Of a stretch of 64,000 nt of DNA, positions 18,977 through 28,539 are shown in pieces (within the stretch, counting starts at the first letter, position 1; each line of letters opens with the position of its first letter). The position numbers were made by a program, and so were the translations under genes. Origin of the DNA: Candidatus Latescibacterota bacterium (GTDB taxonomy: Bacteria > Latescibacterota > UBA2968 > GCA-2709665); the NCBI GenBank assembly GCA_965222075.1, contig OZ244937.1, forward strand, positions 832,001-896,000, in the 5' to 3' direction. The notes below the pieces were generated by a model, which saw nothing but the letters and a program-made list of their open reading frames with translations, ran no database searches and had not been told where the DNA came from.

Positions 18977-21294
18977 AGGTTACGCTGGCGAACGAGATTC
19001 GGGTTCAGCGGCAGGGGGAGTGGCTCTGCCGCGGGCTGCCGTTTCCCCAGGGGGTGTTGACGGACGTTGGGGGCCTGCGCCTGTGGGACGAGGCGGGAGG
19101 AGAGGCGCCCCTGGCTTCGGAGGTTCTGGCCTGCTGGCCGGACGGGTCGGTCAAGTGGGCGCTGCTGCAGTTCCCGGTGCACTTTGAGGGTTACGGCCGG
19201 AAGACCTATACGCTGGACTGGACGGGCGAGGAGAGCAGGCCAGTCCAGGGGTCACGGGTTGTTCTGTCGAAATCCGGGGACCGGTGGGAGGTGGACAACG
19301 GGCTGTTGTGTTTCGCGCTTCCGCTCTCGGGACAGGCTTTTCTGACGGCGTGCAGGCGGGGAGATGGGGAATATATCCGGTCGGTTCGGGCGGAGATCGT
19401 GGATGCGGAGGGTGTGACGTTTGTCAGCGAGCTGGAGGGAGAGCCTGAGATTGAGCATTTCACCCAGAAGATGCTGGTGGTGAGCCGGCGGGGGGTTCAT
19501 CGGGACAGGGATGGGAGGAAGCTCTTTTCACTGGTGTTTCGGGCGACGGTATTTGCGGATGCGGACGAAGTGGAGGTGGAGTATCAGTTTATCCACGATG
19601 AGCCCTATCGGGATGTCCCGATACGTCGAGAGCAGGCGCAGGGGATAGGGGCGCCCAGCGTGGATACGGAGAGTCCCAGGGTGCAGACGCTGCAGGCCGT
19701 CCGGCTGGTTGTGGCGCACGCCATCGGCGGGGTTCGGGAGTTTGCGACCTGTCCGTTCGGGACGGTGGGAAATGAAGGTCTGGTGACTTCACCGCGTCCG
19801 CTCCGGGCGTTGCTTACAGATGCTCCGCAGACGGCCCTGTACGATGCGATGATCGATGCCGACGTGTACGATGCCGAAGCGGCGATGGGCCGGTCTCACG
19901 GATGGGTTGCGGCAGGCGACAACAAGCGGGGGGTTGCGGCTTCGGTGCGGAAGTTCGCCCAGCAGTGGCCCAAGGGGTTCGCCGCCGATGGGGAGGCGAT
20001 CGTTCTGGAGCTCTGGCCGGCGGCGGTGGGCCCGCTGGTCATCTTCCAGGGGCAGGCGAAGTCGCACCAGGTGAAACTGCGGGCTTATCAGGGGGGGGCA
20101 GCGGAGGCGCGGCTGCCGGACTGGCATTTTGCGTATCAATTCCCGATCGCGTTTTCCTCGCCGGCGTGGTTTATCAACTCGGGGGCCATCGGTCCCCTGT
20201 TCCGGTACCAGCCGGAGAAATTTCCGGGGATCGAGCAGAAGTTCCGCCTCGAGTTTGAACAGTACCTCAGCTTCGACCGGCGTCTGGGCATGGTGGACTA
20301 CGGCGACCATGAGCAACTGGACAGCGCGTCGTGGGGACGGGTTGATTTTATGGCCAATTGCGAGCACGATTTCGGCCAGACGGTTTATCTGCAGTTTGTG
20401 CGAACGGGGAGTTATCTCTATCTGGATACGTTTGAAGCCTCCGTGCGTCACGTGATGGATCTGGATATCGTACACTTTGACGATCATTTCGACGAGCAGG
20501 GGGGATGGGCGGCGCACGGCGCGTTCCACGTTGGGATGGACGGGAGTCCGAACTGCCACCTGTCGCACATGTGGGCGGAGGGGTTTCTCTCCTATTATTA
20601 CTATTGCGGATATGCGCCGGCACTGGCAGCCGCGCAGGGTGTGGCCGATCTGATCTGCCGGAAAGTGGCGTCGGGCGCCGGGCGATCTGGGGCGCGTGAC
20701 AGGGGGTGGCCGCTGATTGCACTGTGCAGCGTGTACCAGGCCACGGGTGAGGCGCGGTATGCGGAGGCTGCGAAGCGCATGATGACGTCTTTTGCCGAGG
20801 GTCCCGATCCTCTGGAGGCCAACGGGGGATGCAGCGGCGGCTGGGGGCCTATTCCCTACCAGCAGGCGGTGATGGGGAGCATCGCCGCGACCGGGTTGGC
20901 GTACTATCATCAGGCGTTTGGGGACCCGCTCAGTCGGGAGCTGTTTTTGCGCCTGTGCGATTTTCTGGCCAGCGAAAACGTGCGCTCGCCGGAGGGGCTT
21001 TATCTGTCGATGCCCGGCAATGAGACGCCGATGAGTTATGTAGGGTTCTCCAACCTGCGGGAGAGCATCGGCTACGCCTGGGAGCTTGTCGGCGACGAGA
21101 AATACATTCAACTGGGTCTGCGCAATATCGAGATGAATATGATTTCTACGATTCCGATGGTAGGACATTATGTTAAAACACGGTTTGGCTATGAGGTCAT
21201 TCGGGCGACCGGGGGTATGATCAGCATTCACTGGCGCGACTTGCTGCGTTTTTTCTCTTATGCGGACAGGGCGGGGCTGCTGAGGGATTTTTGA
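18967..21294 (+). CDS. PcRGLX/YetA-like (RIFT barrel + alpha/alpha barrel) hypothetical protein
   Basis: GLPFPQG, WPDGSVKW, GMVDYGD, SHMWAEG, RDRGWPL. Confidence 0.6.
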   Translation: MSVEVTLANEIRVQRQGEWLCRGLPFPQGVLTDVGGLRLWDEAGGEAPLASEVLACWPDGSVKWALLQFPVHFEGYGRKTYTLDWTGEESRPVQGSRVVLSKSGDRWEVDNGLLCFALPLSGQAFLTACRRGDGEYIRSVRAEIVDAEGVTFVSELEGEPEIEHFTQKMLVVSRRGVHRDRDGRKLFSLVFRATVFADADEVEVEYQFIHDEPYRDVPIRREQAQGIGAPSVDTESPRVQTLQAVRLVVAHAIGGVREFATCPFGTVGNEGLVTSPRPLRALLTDAPQTALYDAMIDADVYDAEAAMGRSHGWVAAGDNKRGVAASVRKFAQQWPKGFAADGEAIVLELWPAAVGPLVIFQGQAKSHQVKLRAYQGGAAEARLPDWHFAYQFPIAFSSPAWFINSGAIGPLFRYQPEKFPGIEQKFRLEFEQYLSFDRRLGMVDYGDHEQLDSASWGRVDFMANCEHDFGQTVYLQFVRTGSYLYLDTFEASVRHVMDLDIVHFDDHFDEQGGWAAHGAFHVGMDGSPNCHLSHMWAEGFLSYYYYCGYAPALAAAQGVADLICRKVASGAGRSGARDRGWPLIALCSVYQATGEARYAEAAKRMMTSFAEGPDPLEANGGCSGGWGPIPYQQAVMGSIAATGLAYYHQAFGDPLSRELFLRLCDFLASENVRSPEGLYLSMPGNETPMSYVGFSNLRESIGYAWELVGDEKYIQLGLRNIEMNMISTIPMVGHYVKTRFGYEVIRATGGMISIHWRDLLRFFSYADRAGLLRDF

Positions 21295-22016
21295 TGGTCG
21301 CCCCTGTTACGGCCGGTAGGGGCGGCCCTTGTGGTCGCCCTTTTCAGCGCGGCCCTCGCCAGCAGGCGGGTGGAGTCCAGGATGGGTAGGGACGCATCTT
21401 CTTGCGAGATTAACAGCGGGATTTCGGTGCAGCCGAGCACGGCGGCGTCGCAGCCCTGGTCTTTTAGCCGGTTGATGACGCCTGCAAAATAGGCGCGGGA
21501 CGCATCGGTGAAGATGCCATTGACCAGTTCGTCGAAGATGATGTCGTTGATGCGTTCTCTTTCATCCGGTTCCGGGATGCGGTGCGCAATTCCCAAAGCG
21601 TCGAGTTTGGCGGGGTAGACCGGGCCTTCCATCAGATATTTCGTGCCCAGGACGGCCAGGCAGTGATGGTTGTTGCGGGCTGCCTCGGCGGCCACTTCCC
21701 CGGCGATGTGGAGCCAGGGGATGGGGGACTGGTCGATCACGCGCTCGAACGCCTGGTGGACGGTGTTGTCGGGGCAGATGGCGAAATCGGCGCCGAGCGT
21801 TGCGACCTTCTTTGCGGAGGAGACCATCAGGTCTGCAACGCCGGTCCAGTTGCCGGGGCCGATATGGCGCATGTACTCGCTGAGAGGGTAGGTGTGCATG
21901 CTGACCTCGGGGTGGGCATACCGCCCCATCAGGTCCGCACCTTCAACGCAGATGGTGCGGTAACAGAGGGCCGCGCCCTCGGCGCTGCATGCGACAATGC
22001 CGATGTGTTGAGCCAT
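21258..22016 (-). CDS. Aspartate/glutamate racemase family
   Basis: ICPDNTVH, LGCTEIP, DSTRLLA; C-terminus runs through a REP. Confidence 0.9.
   Translation of the reverse strand: MAQHIGIVACSAEGAALCYRTICVEGADLMGRYAHPEVSMHTYPLSEYMRHIGPGNWTGVADLMVSSAKKVATLGADFAICPDNTVHQAFERVIDQSPIPWLHIAGEVAAEAARNNHHCLAVLGTKYLMEGPVYPAKLDALGIAHRIPEPDERERINDIIFDELVNGIFTDASRAYFAGVINRLKDQGCDAAVLGCTEIPLLISQEDASLPILDSTRLLARAALKRATTRAAPTGRNRGDHQKSLSSPALSA
21316..21341. repeat. GTAG-type REP
   Basis: GTAGGGGCGGCCCTTGTGGTCGCCCT; similar copy GTAGGGGCGATCCTTGCGATCGCCCT at 31648-31673. Confidence 0.75.
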
Positions 22017-22095
22017 TTTATCTCTTCCCTGGTGAGGTGGTACGGCGGACGGAGATATATACAACAGGGCAATACGAAATGCAAGATGGAAATGT

Positions 22096-22478
22096 AAGAA
22101 ACTGTTTGAAAATTCCTGGTTCGGTCCTTCAAGCGGATCAAAGAACCCGGGAACGAGGGCGCCTGCCTGTCTGCGTGCGACGCACAGGCAGGCGGGCTGG
22201 CGCCCCTGGCTTGCCGACTCCCCCGGTTTGGTGCGGGGGGATGGGGCTTTTCCGCGCAGATCCCTCCAGCACCACCGCCCAAAAACGCCCCAAAGGTCCG
22301 CAGGGCAGAAACGCTTGCTTACACCACAGGGGCAGTTCGCGGAAAAGCAGCCCCCGCGGCCATTACTCCCCCCTTGAGGGGGAGTCGGCAAGCAGGCGCC
22401 CTTCTTTTTCGGCCTTTTTCTTGGGCGAGCAAGAAAAAGGCCAAGAGTAAAAGAAAGGTTATTTTCCAAGCAGCTTTT
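22096..22478. mobile_element. MITE-like structured element, copy A (longest copy)
   Basis: Imperfect terminal IRs GAAACTGTTTGAAAA / TTTTCCAAGCAGCTTT; ~200 bp core shared with 31740-31975 and 49451-49625. Confidence 0.7.
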
Positions 22479-22492
22479 GAGGAGATTTTCTG

Positions 22493-23317
22493 ATGAAGTT
22501 GGGATTTACGACGCTGGGTACGCCGGATTGGGATTTTGATACGATTTGCAGACGGGGGCGGGAGTACGGGTTTGACGGGGTGGATTTCAGGGGGATACAG
22601 GCGCAGATCGACGTGACGGTTCTGCCGGAGTTCACGGTGGGTCTCGCGGAGACTGTGGCAAAGCTGAAGGCCGCGGGGCTTGTCGGCGGGATCAGTACCA
22701 GTCTGAAGATCTGTGACGAGAGGCTCCGGACGGAGAATCTGGAGGAGGCGGCGCGTACGATTCCAATTGCCAGGGAGCTGGGCATCGGGGTGGTCCGCGT
22801 GTTCGGCGGGGGAGACGTGGCGGCGCATTCGAAGGCGGAACTGGCCGATGTGGGGCAGCGGACGATGGAGGCGGTTCTTGAGCTGGAGGGCGCTTATGAT
22901 CTGCGGTGGGTGCTTGAGACCCACGACCACTGGATTTCATCGTTGGACTGCAAGCTGCTGCTGGACCGGATTCCCGATCCGGCGTTCGGCATCCTCTGGG
23001 ATATCGGCCATACGTCACGGGTGGGGTCGGAGGCTCCGGGAGAGACGCTGGAGGTGTTCGGTGACCGGATCTACCATTTACACGTGAAGGATGCTGTGTA
23101 CGATCCGGGCCACCCCCGGGCGATGAAAGATGGATGGCGGTATGTGACTCCGGGTACCGGACAGCTCCCGCTGGCAGAGGCGATCGCGCTGCTGCGGGAG
23201 CGGGGCTACGACCGGTGGCTGATTTTTGAGCACGAGAAGCGGTGGCACGCGCAGCTCCCGGAGCCGGAAGAGGTGTTTCCGAAGTTTATGGCGTGGGTCC
23301 GGTTGCTTTTGAAGTGA
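22493..23317 (+). CDS. Sugar phosphate isomerase/epimerase (AP endonuclease 2 TIM barrel)
   Basis: LETHD, WDIGH, HVKD, FEHEKRWH. Confidence 0.88.
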   Translation: MKLGFTTLGTPDWDFDTICRRGREYGFDGVDFRGIQAQIDVTVLPEFTVGLAETVAKLKAAGLVGGISTSLKICDERLRTENLEEAARTIPIARELGIGVVRVFGGGDVAAHSKAELADVGQRTMEAVLELEGAYDLRWVLETHDHWISSLDCKLLLDRIPDPAFGILWDIGHTSRVGSEAPGETLEVFGDRIYHLHVKDAVYDPGHPRAMKDGWRYVTPGTGQLPLAEAIALLRERGYDRWLIFEHEKRWHAQLPEPEEVFPKFMAWVRLLLK

Positions 23318-23333
23318 CAGGCGAGGGGGGCCT

Positions 23334-24314
23334 ATGGCGGTGCGATGGGGCGTGCTGGGCGCCGGGAGCGTGGCCCGGCGTCGGGTGATGCCCGTGATGA
23401 ACGAGAACCCACAGTGCGAGCTAAGGGCGCTGATGGTACGGGATATGGGCCGGGCTGAAAGGCTGGCGGATGAATTCGGCGTGGGTCGGGCGTATGACCG
23501 CGTTGACGCGCTGCTGCAAGACCCGGAGGTGGATGCGGTCTACGTGTCGAGTCCGACCTATCTCCACTGCGAGCACGTGCTTGCCGCGGCCGAACGGGGA
23601 AAGCACGTGTTGTGCGAGAAGCCGATGGCGAGGTCTTCGGACGAGTGCCGGGAGATGATCGCGGCCTGCGGGCGGGCCGGCGTTCACCTTGAGGTCTGTT
23701 TTGTGCTGCGGGGATGGCCGGTTTACCACCAGGTGAAGGCGACCGTGGACTCGGGGCGCCTGGGGCGCGTGGTGGAACTGCGCGCCCACCTGTCCAAGTG
23801 GACACCCAGGGAGGGGGGGGAGTGGCGGCTGGACCCTCAGAAGGGGGGCGGGGGGGCGCTGATGGATGTGGGGTCCCACTATCTGGATCTGTTCCGCTAC
23901 CTGGAGGGGGATTTCGCCCGGATCGTCTGTATGGAGAGTTCGATGGTTTTCGGACAGGAGGTGGAGGAGAGCGCCTTCGTGACCGTGGAATTCAAGTCGG
24001 GCGCCCACGGGATTCTGGGGGTGAGCTTTGTCGTGCCGCACTCCGGCAATGTGCTGGAGGTTTACGGGACTGAGGGGACGCTGCTGCTGGGGAAGGATAT
24101 GGTGGTTCTGACAGCAGAGGGAGAAGAGATCCGCCCGGCGGTGTTTCCCGATTACTACAGCGGGCTACTGGCGCATTTCTGTCGCTGCGTGGAGGAGGGG
24201 GGCAAACCGATGGCCGGCGGGGAGGACGGCCTCCGAAACCTGGAGGCGATTGAGACGGCCTACCGGTCCGGGCGGGAAGGGCGGATCCTGGAGTGGGGGC
24301 AACCGGGGGGTTAG
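23334..24314 (+). CDS. Gfo/Idh/MocA oxidoreductase
   Basis: WGVLGAG, HVLCEKP, DVGSHYLD. Confidence 0.92.
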   Translation: MAVRWGVLGAGSVARRRVMPVMNENPQCELRALMVRDMGRAERLADEFGVGRAYDRVDALLQDPEVDAVYVSSPTYLHCEHVLAAAERGKHVLCEKPMARSSDECREMIAACGRAGVHLEVCFVLRGWPVYHQVKATVDSGRLGRVVELRAHLSKWTPREGGEWRLDPQKGGGGALMDVGSHYLDLFRYLEGDFARIVCMESSMVFGQEVEESAFVTVEFKSGAHGILGVSFVVPHSGNVLEVYGTEGTLLLGKDMVVLTAEGEEIRPAVFPDYYSGLLAHFCRCVEEGGKPMAGGEDGLRNLEAIETAYRSGREGRILEWGQPGG

Positions 24315-24374
24315 AGGTTCCACTTTCCAGACAGCAGGTGATGGTTTGCATAGGGAATCCTTGAAATGCGGATT

Positions 24375-25280
24375 TTAGTTCAGGTCTAAGGATTTTTCCA
24401 CGCCGCGTTGATCCCGGGTCTGATGTGCAGCTTCGATGAAGGCGACGATTTCGACGGTTTCGGCGATGTTCAGGGGCGGGGTTCCGGTCTGGAACATGGT
24501 CACAATCTGTTTGAGGAGGTCCCGGTAGATGGTGCGGGCGTTAATGGCTTTGCTGACGACCTGTTTTTCGCAGAAGGCCGTAAATCCGTATCCCGGTGCG
24601 CCGTCCCGGATACCCCGCACGCTGCCGATGCGCCCGTCTTCCCAGACGCCGACGGTGACTTCAGCCCCTTCCTGCCAGACGGTTCGGGTTGACCGGCACC
24701 CGGGTCCCATGAGGGCAAAGAGGATTTCGACGCCGTGGATGCCGTAGTGGAAGAGGCCGGGGTTGCGCGGGTGCAAAGCACAGGGGCTGTAGGCTTCTGC
24801 GCCTTGCACCCTTCCGGTCTGTTCGCGATTTTCGTGGAGTTCCTGCACTTCCAGGGCATACCTGAGGGAGCTTGCGCTGAAGAGCGGGACGTTCTCCTCG
24901 GCGGCTATACGGGCGAGTTCCCTGGCTTGAGAGAGGGAACAGGTGAAGGGCTTGTCAATGAAGCAGGGCACGCCGGCTTTTAGAAAGGGCAGGGCACGTT
25001 CGTAGTGGACGCTGCCGTCCTGGGATTCGATGAGTACCCCGTCCACCTGTCCGATCATGTCCTGGGGATTCTCGACGAGTTCAACACCCAGTTCGTCGGT
25101 GAGCGTTTTCTGGTAGCCCCGGATGGATTCCGGGTCCGTAATCGCCGAAGGGCCGGTCCAGCCGAGGACGACCCGGGCCCCGTCAACCCAGAGGTCCTCC
25201 GCAATGTTTTTGTGGTTCAGCCGCCTGGTGAATTCAACGCAGTGCGAGGTGTCAAAGTCGACGATGCCTAAACGGACCAT
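24375..25280 (-). CDS. Gfo/Idh/MocA oxidoreductase
   Basis: DTSH, FIDKP, SASSLRY, YGIHGVE. Confidence 0.85.
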   Translation of the reverse strand: MVRLGIVDFDTSHCVEFTRRLNHKNIAEDLWVDGARVVLGWTGPSAITDPESIRGYQKTLTDELGVELVENPQDMIGQVDGVLIESQDGSVHYERALPFLKAGVPCFIDKPFTCSLSQARELARIAAEENVPLFSASSLRYALEVQELHENREQTGRVQGAEAYSPCALHPRNPGLFHYGIHGVEILFALMGPGCRSTRTVWQEGAEVTVGVWEDGRIGSVRGIRDGAPGYGFTAFCEKQVVSKAINARTIYRDLLKQIVTMFQTGTPPLNIAETVEIVAFIEAAHQTRDQRGVEKSLDLN

Positions 25281-25412
25281 GGGGTGCTCTCCTTTTTTGG
25301 GGGGACCAGAGGGTACCGTTGCTGAGATGTCTGTTGTGTGGAAGATAGGGATTTGTGATTGATTGTCAAGAGGTTGGCAAAGCAGCTGAGCATCCGTAGA
25401 AAGGAGGGCGCT

Positions 25413-26381
25413 ATGCCATCACAGCATATTATAGACCGGCTCGAAAGCGGCGCGCATCTTCTCTTAGACGGCGCAACCGGGTCGGAGTTGCAGCGAAGGG
25501 GCGTTGATGTGTTGAAGGGCGCCACGGCCGACGACGGCCTTCAGGCGTGGTCGGCAACGGCGAATATCGACGCAGCGGACGTGGTCCAGCAGGTTCACCA
25601 GGACTATCTGCGGGTGGGCGCGGACATCATTATCAGCAACAATTTCTGGACCAGTCCGACGCGGTTGGCGCCAATAGGTCTGGATGCCCGTTGGGAGGAC
25701 TACGCCCGGGCCGCCGGAGAGATCGCGCTCAGGGCACGCGATGCGCTTAACCCGGATGCGTACATCGCCGGCGGCGTGGCGCCTCCGTGCGTGCAGAGGA
25801 GGGCCGAAAGCCGGGAGCCTGATGTTGTGGTTATGGGGGAGGAGGCGTTTTACAGGGAGTTTTCCAACCACGTGAAGCTGCTGGCCGAGATTGGTGTGGA
25901 CGTCCTGCTGCCCGAATACGTGGGCTATATCGCCGATTGCGTGGCCGCGGTAGACGCGTGCGCAGAGACCGGCCTGCCGGTGTTTTTGGGGGTGCGCCAC
26001 ATTCAAGAAGATGGGGCGATGCAATACGACGAGCGGCTGGAAGACCTGGTGACGGCTCTGGAGGGCCACAGGATCGACGCGATTTTGCTGATGTGCAGTC
26101 CGCCTGAAAACGCGTCGGCCGGATTACGGATTCTCAAAGAGGTTTTCAAGGGCGCCGTGGGCGCCTACCCCAACATTGGCTACCGGCCTGTGGCGCCTCT
26201 GAGTGCCGGGGGGGAAGCAGATGATGAGGAGGCGGATTTTCTGCGGACCGGAAGCTACCCTCCCGCACGACTGGCCGGGTTCGCACGGGAGTGGAAGGAT
26301 CTGGGCGCGCAGATTTTCGGGGGTTGCTGTGCAACGGGGCCGGAGCATATCCAGGCAATGCGCCCGGTGGTGAAGGGCTGA
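25413..26381 (+). CDS. Homocysteine S-methyltransferase family protein
   Basis: LLDGATGSEL, H.DYLRVGAD, GGCCATGPEHI. Confidence 0.9.
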   Translation: MPSQHIIDRLESGAHLLLDGATGSELQRRGVDVLKGATADDGLQAWSATANIDAADVVQQVHQDYLRVGADIIISNNFWTSPTRLAPIGLDARWEDYARAAGEIALRARDALNPDAYIAGGVAPPCVQRRAESREPDVVVMGEEAFYREFSNHVKLLAEIGVDVLLPEYVGYIADCVAAVDACAETGLPVFLGVRHIQEDGAMQYDERLEDLVTALEGHRIDAILLMCSPPENASAGLRILKEVFKGAVGAYPNIGYRPVAPLSAGGEADDEEADFLRTGSYPPARLAGFAREWKDLGAQIFGGCCATGPEHIQAMRPVVKG

Positions 26382-26389
26382 ACCTGTCT

Positions 26390-26537
26390 CAGCATGTTGA
26401 GACAGGGGCCACCGTCTATACGGATGACGCCACCGCCTGCTATGGTAGGGGTTAAGCACCGGGCTGTCAAGCATTCCGTGGGTGAGTATGTCAAGAATCA
26501 GGCCCATACGAACGGCATGGAGTCGTTCTGGTCCTTG
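26390..26537 (+). pseudogene. IS1595-family transposase fragment
   Basis: GATVYTDD then (frameshift) KHRAVKHSVGEYVKNQAHTNGMESFWSL. Confidence 0.85.
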
Positions 26538-26603
26538 TGGAGTGAATATAAGACCTGTGCTTAAGAAATCTGTTAATTTGCCTTGCTTTTTGTCAAGGTA
26601 AGT

Positions 26604-26887
26604 TGTTATATTGGCTCTTGTAAACACTCAGGATCACCCACCGAAGAGAGTCGGGCCGTGTACTGAAAACAGGATAACGCCTTGGACCTTGCTGAGACGG
26701 TGGAGGGAACCCGGGGTGAGTCCATCACCGCCGGATCTGGTGAATTTTCCTTCGGGGTCGGGTATCTCTTCTAAGCATGATCCATCACAGGGTCCCGGTC
26801 CGTGTCAGTGGGGCGGGATTCTTCTTTGGATGAGGGGTGGGCCTGTCCATAGAGGCTTGTGGATCACGGATAAGTGAGGAAGAAAAA
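26604..26887 (+). promoter_or_regulatory. Extended -10 promoter and ~270 nt structured leader/possible ncRNA upstream of NYN gene
   Basis: TGnTATATT at 26604-26612; GGATCA/TGATCC and GAAGAGA/TCTCTTC long-range complementarity. Confidence 0.4.
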
Positions 26888-27508
26888 ATGGACGGTGTTT
26901 TCATCTATTGGGACAACTCGAATATCTTCATTGGTGCTCAGCAAGTGGCTATTGACAGGGAAGGAGAAGCCGTCCGTTATCGGGTACGTATTCACTTCCG
27001 AAATATGCTGATACTGGCATGTGCTGGACGAGAAATCAGACACGCTGTTGCTGCTGGCTCTATCCCACCGGAGTTGCGACATGTTTGGAACAGTTTAGAG
27101 AATGAAGGTGTGACCGTTAAGTTATTGGAACGGGGTGCCTTACATGGACGGGAACAGGGGATGGATCAGATTTTGCAGACGGAGATGTTGCGTGATGGGT
27201 TCGACAATAATGGGGATCCGGGTGTGGTCGTCATGCTCACAGGAGACGGGGCTGGATTTGATGATGGTGTTGGGTTTCACGCTGATTTGGTGCGGATGCA
27301 AGAACGGGGCTGGCGCATTGAAGTGGTGTCCTGGCGGCATAGTTGTAATTATAGGATGCGGAAATGGGCGGAGGAGAGTGGTGCCTTTATCGCTTTGGAT
27401 GATTTTTATGAAAGCATCACTTTTCTGGAACAGGCGAACCCCGGTGAGCCTGTAGCTGTGCCGCGCTATGTCGTTCCCTTGGATCTGGACCAACGAGTGA
27501 CTATCTGA
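26888..27508 (+). CDS. NYN domain (LabA/DUF88, PIN-like) ribonuclease
   Basis: YWDNSN, EQGMD, LTGDGAG..GF, WRIEVVSW, FIALDD. Confidence 0.85.
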   Translation: MDGVFIYWDNSNIFIGAQQVAIDREGEAVRYRVRIHFRNMLILACAGREIRHAVAAGSIPPELRHVWNSLENEGVTVKLLERGALHGREQGMDQILQTEMLRDGFDNNGDPGVVVMLTGDGAGFDDGVGFHADLVRMQERGWRIEVVSWRHSCNYRMRKWAEESGAFIALDDFYESITFLEQANPGEPVAVPRYVVPLDLDQRVTI

Positions 27509-27541
27509 GGTGTTTAGCTTTGATACCTGCTCAGGAGAGTG

Positions 27542-27661
27542 ATGCTATGTCTATCGGACGATGACGCTGAGGAAGAGGCTTGGGATCAGGAGCAGGCCTA
27601 CTACCTTGGTAGGCAGGCCGCCTGGGTCATCCAAGATACCCGTGAGGGGAAGACAGGATAA
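27542..27661 (+). CDS. Small acidic peptide (39 aa), putative
   Basis: AGGAGA RBS; MLCLSDDDAEEEAWDQEQAYYLGRQAAWVIQDTREGKTG*; below ORF-track cutoff. Confidence 0.35.
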   Translation: MLCLSDDDAEEEAWDQEQAYYLGRQAAWVIQDTREGKTG

Positions 27662-27832
27662 TCGCTTAGACCTTAACACAACTATAGAACCACGAGTCAA
27701 ACGAGGGGAAGCTATAACACCTGATCTATCTTCCTTAAATTCTCTATAATAAGACAAGGGCCGTCGAGAATAAAAACGATGGCCCTTGTGGTTTAGACAC
27801 CCATATATTCAACTCCGTCATTATGATAGGGT

Positions 27833-27861
27833 TTGACATTAATAACGCCGTGCGTTATTAT
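27833..27861 (+). promoter_or_regulatory. higBA promoter with palindromic operator
   Basis: TTGACA-17-TATTAT overlapping TAATAACG-N5-CGTTATTA; ATG 7 nt after -10. Confidence 0.8.
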
Positions 27862-27867
27862 ATGTAA

Positions 27868-28149
27868 ATGATAGAATCATTCCGCGACAGAGAGGCCGAG
27901 AGAGTTTTCCGTCGCGAGAGGTCGCGGAGATTCTCGGGAACGTTGGCTCGCTCGGCCTTAAAGAAGCTCCTTCTGTTGGACGCAGCCGATTCGATACAAG
28001 ACTTGCGGTCGCCACCAGGTAATCGTCCGGAGAGACTCACAGGAGATCGTAGGGGCCAGTACAGTATCCGCATAAATGAGCAATGGCGTCTTTGCTTCGA
28101 ATGGAAGGCGGGGCGTGCGGCCAACGTGGAGATCGTCGACTACCATTAG
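27868..28149 (+). CDS. higB: HigB toxin (RelE/ParE family)
   Basis: MIESF, DLRSPPGNRPERL.GDRRGQYSIRINEQWRLCF, EIVDYH. Confidence 0.95.
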   Translation: MIESFRDREAERVFRRERSRRFSGTLARSALKKLLLLDAADSIQDLRSPPGNRPERLTGDRRGQYSIRINEQWRLCFEWKAGRAANVEIVDYH

Positions 28150-28158
28150 GAGGTATCT

Positions 28159-28464
28159 ATGCCTGTCACCACAATGCCCCCAATTCATCCGGGAGAGATC
28201 CTGCTTGAGGAGTTTCTCCATCCTCTGGGTATTAGCCAATATCGTCTGGCAAAGGACATTTCAGTCCCTTCTCGCCGGATTAACGAAATTGTTCATGGCA
28301 AGCGCGCTGTCTCGGCAGACACTGCGCTTCGGTTAGCTCGCTACTTTGGAACCACAGGTCAATTTTGGCTCAATCTGCAAACACGCTACGATTTAGAGTT
28401 GGAGAAAGATCGTCTCGGTGAGCGATTGGAGGCCGAGGTGCAAGTTTTAGAGCGCGTTGAATAG
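28159..28464 (+). CDS. higA: HigA antitoxin
   Basis: HPGEIL.EEFL, RRINEIVHGKR, TALRLARYF, FWLNLQ. Confidence 0.95.
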   Translation: MPVTTMPPIHPGEILLEEFLHPLGISQYRLAKDISVPSRRINEIVHGKRAVSADTALRLARYFGTTGQFWLNLQTRYDLELEKDRLGERLEAEVQVLERVE

Positions 28465-28539
28465 AAATGTTGGGGCAGATAGCCTCTCACTCATTCCCCT
28501 TCGCAGGCTCAAGGCAAGCTTTTACCCTTCACCCTTCCT

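Noticed and set aside
21989-22469. ORFs crossing the repeats (also 31584-32170, 49236-49707) with similar peptides
   Set aside because: Similarity comes from the non-coding repeat; frames are not conserved between copies.
26690-26730. SAM-I-like GGTGGAGGGA near the homocysteine methyltransferase
   Set aside because: Lacks the ATC-AGAG and GCAACC elements and lies downstream of that gene.
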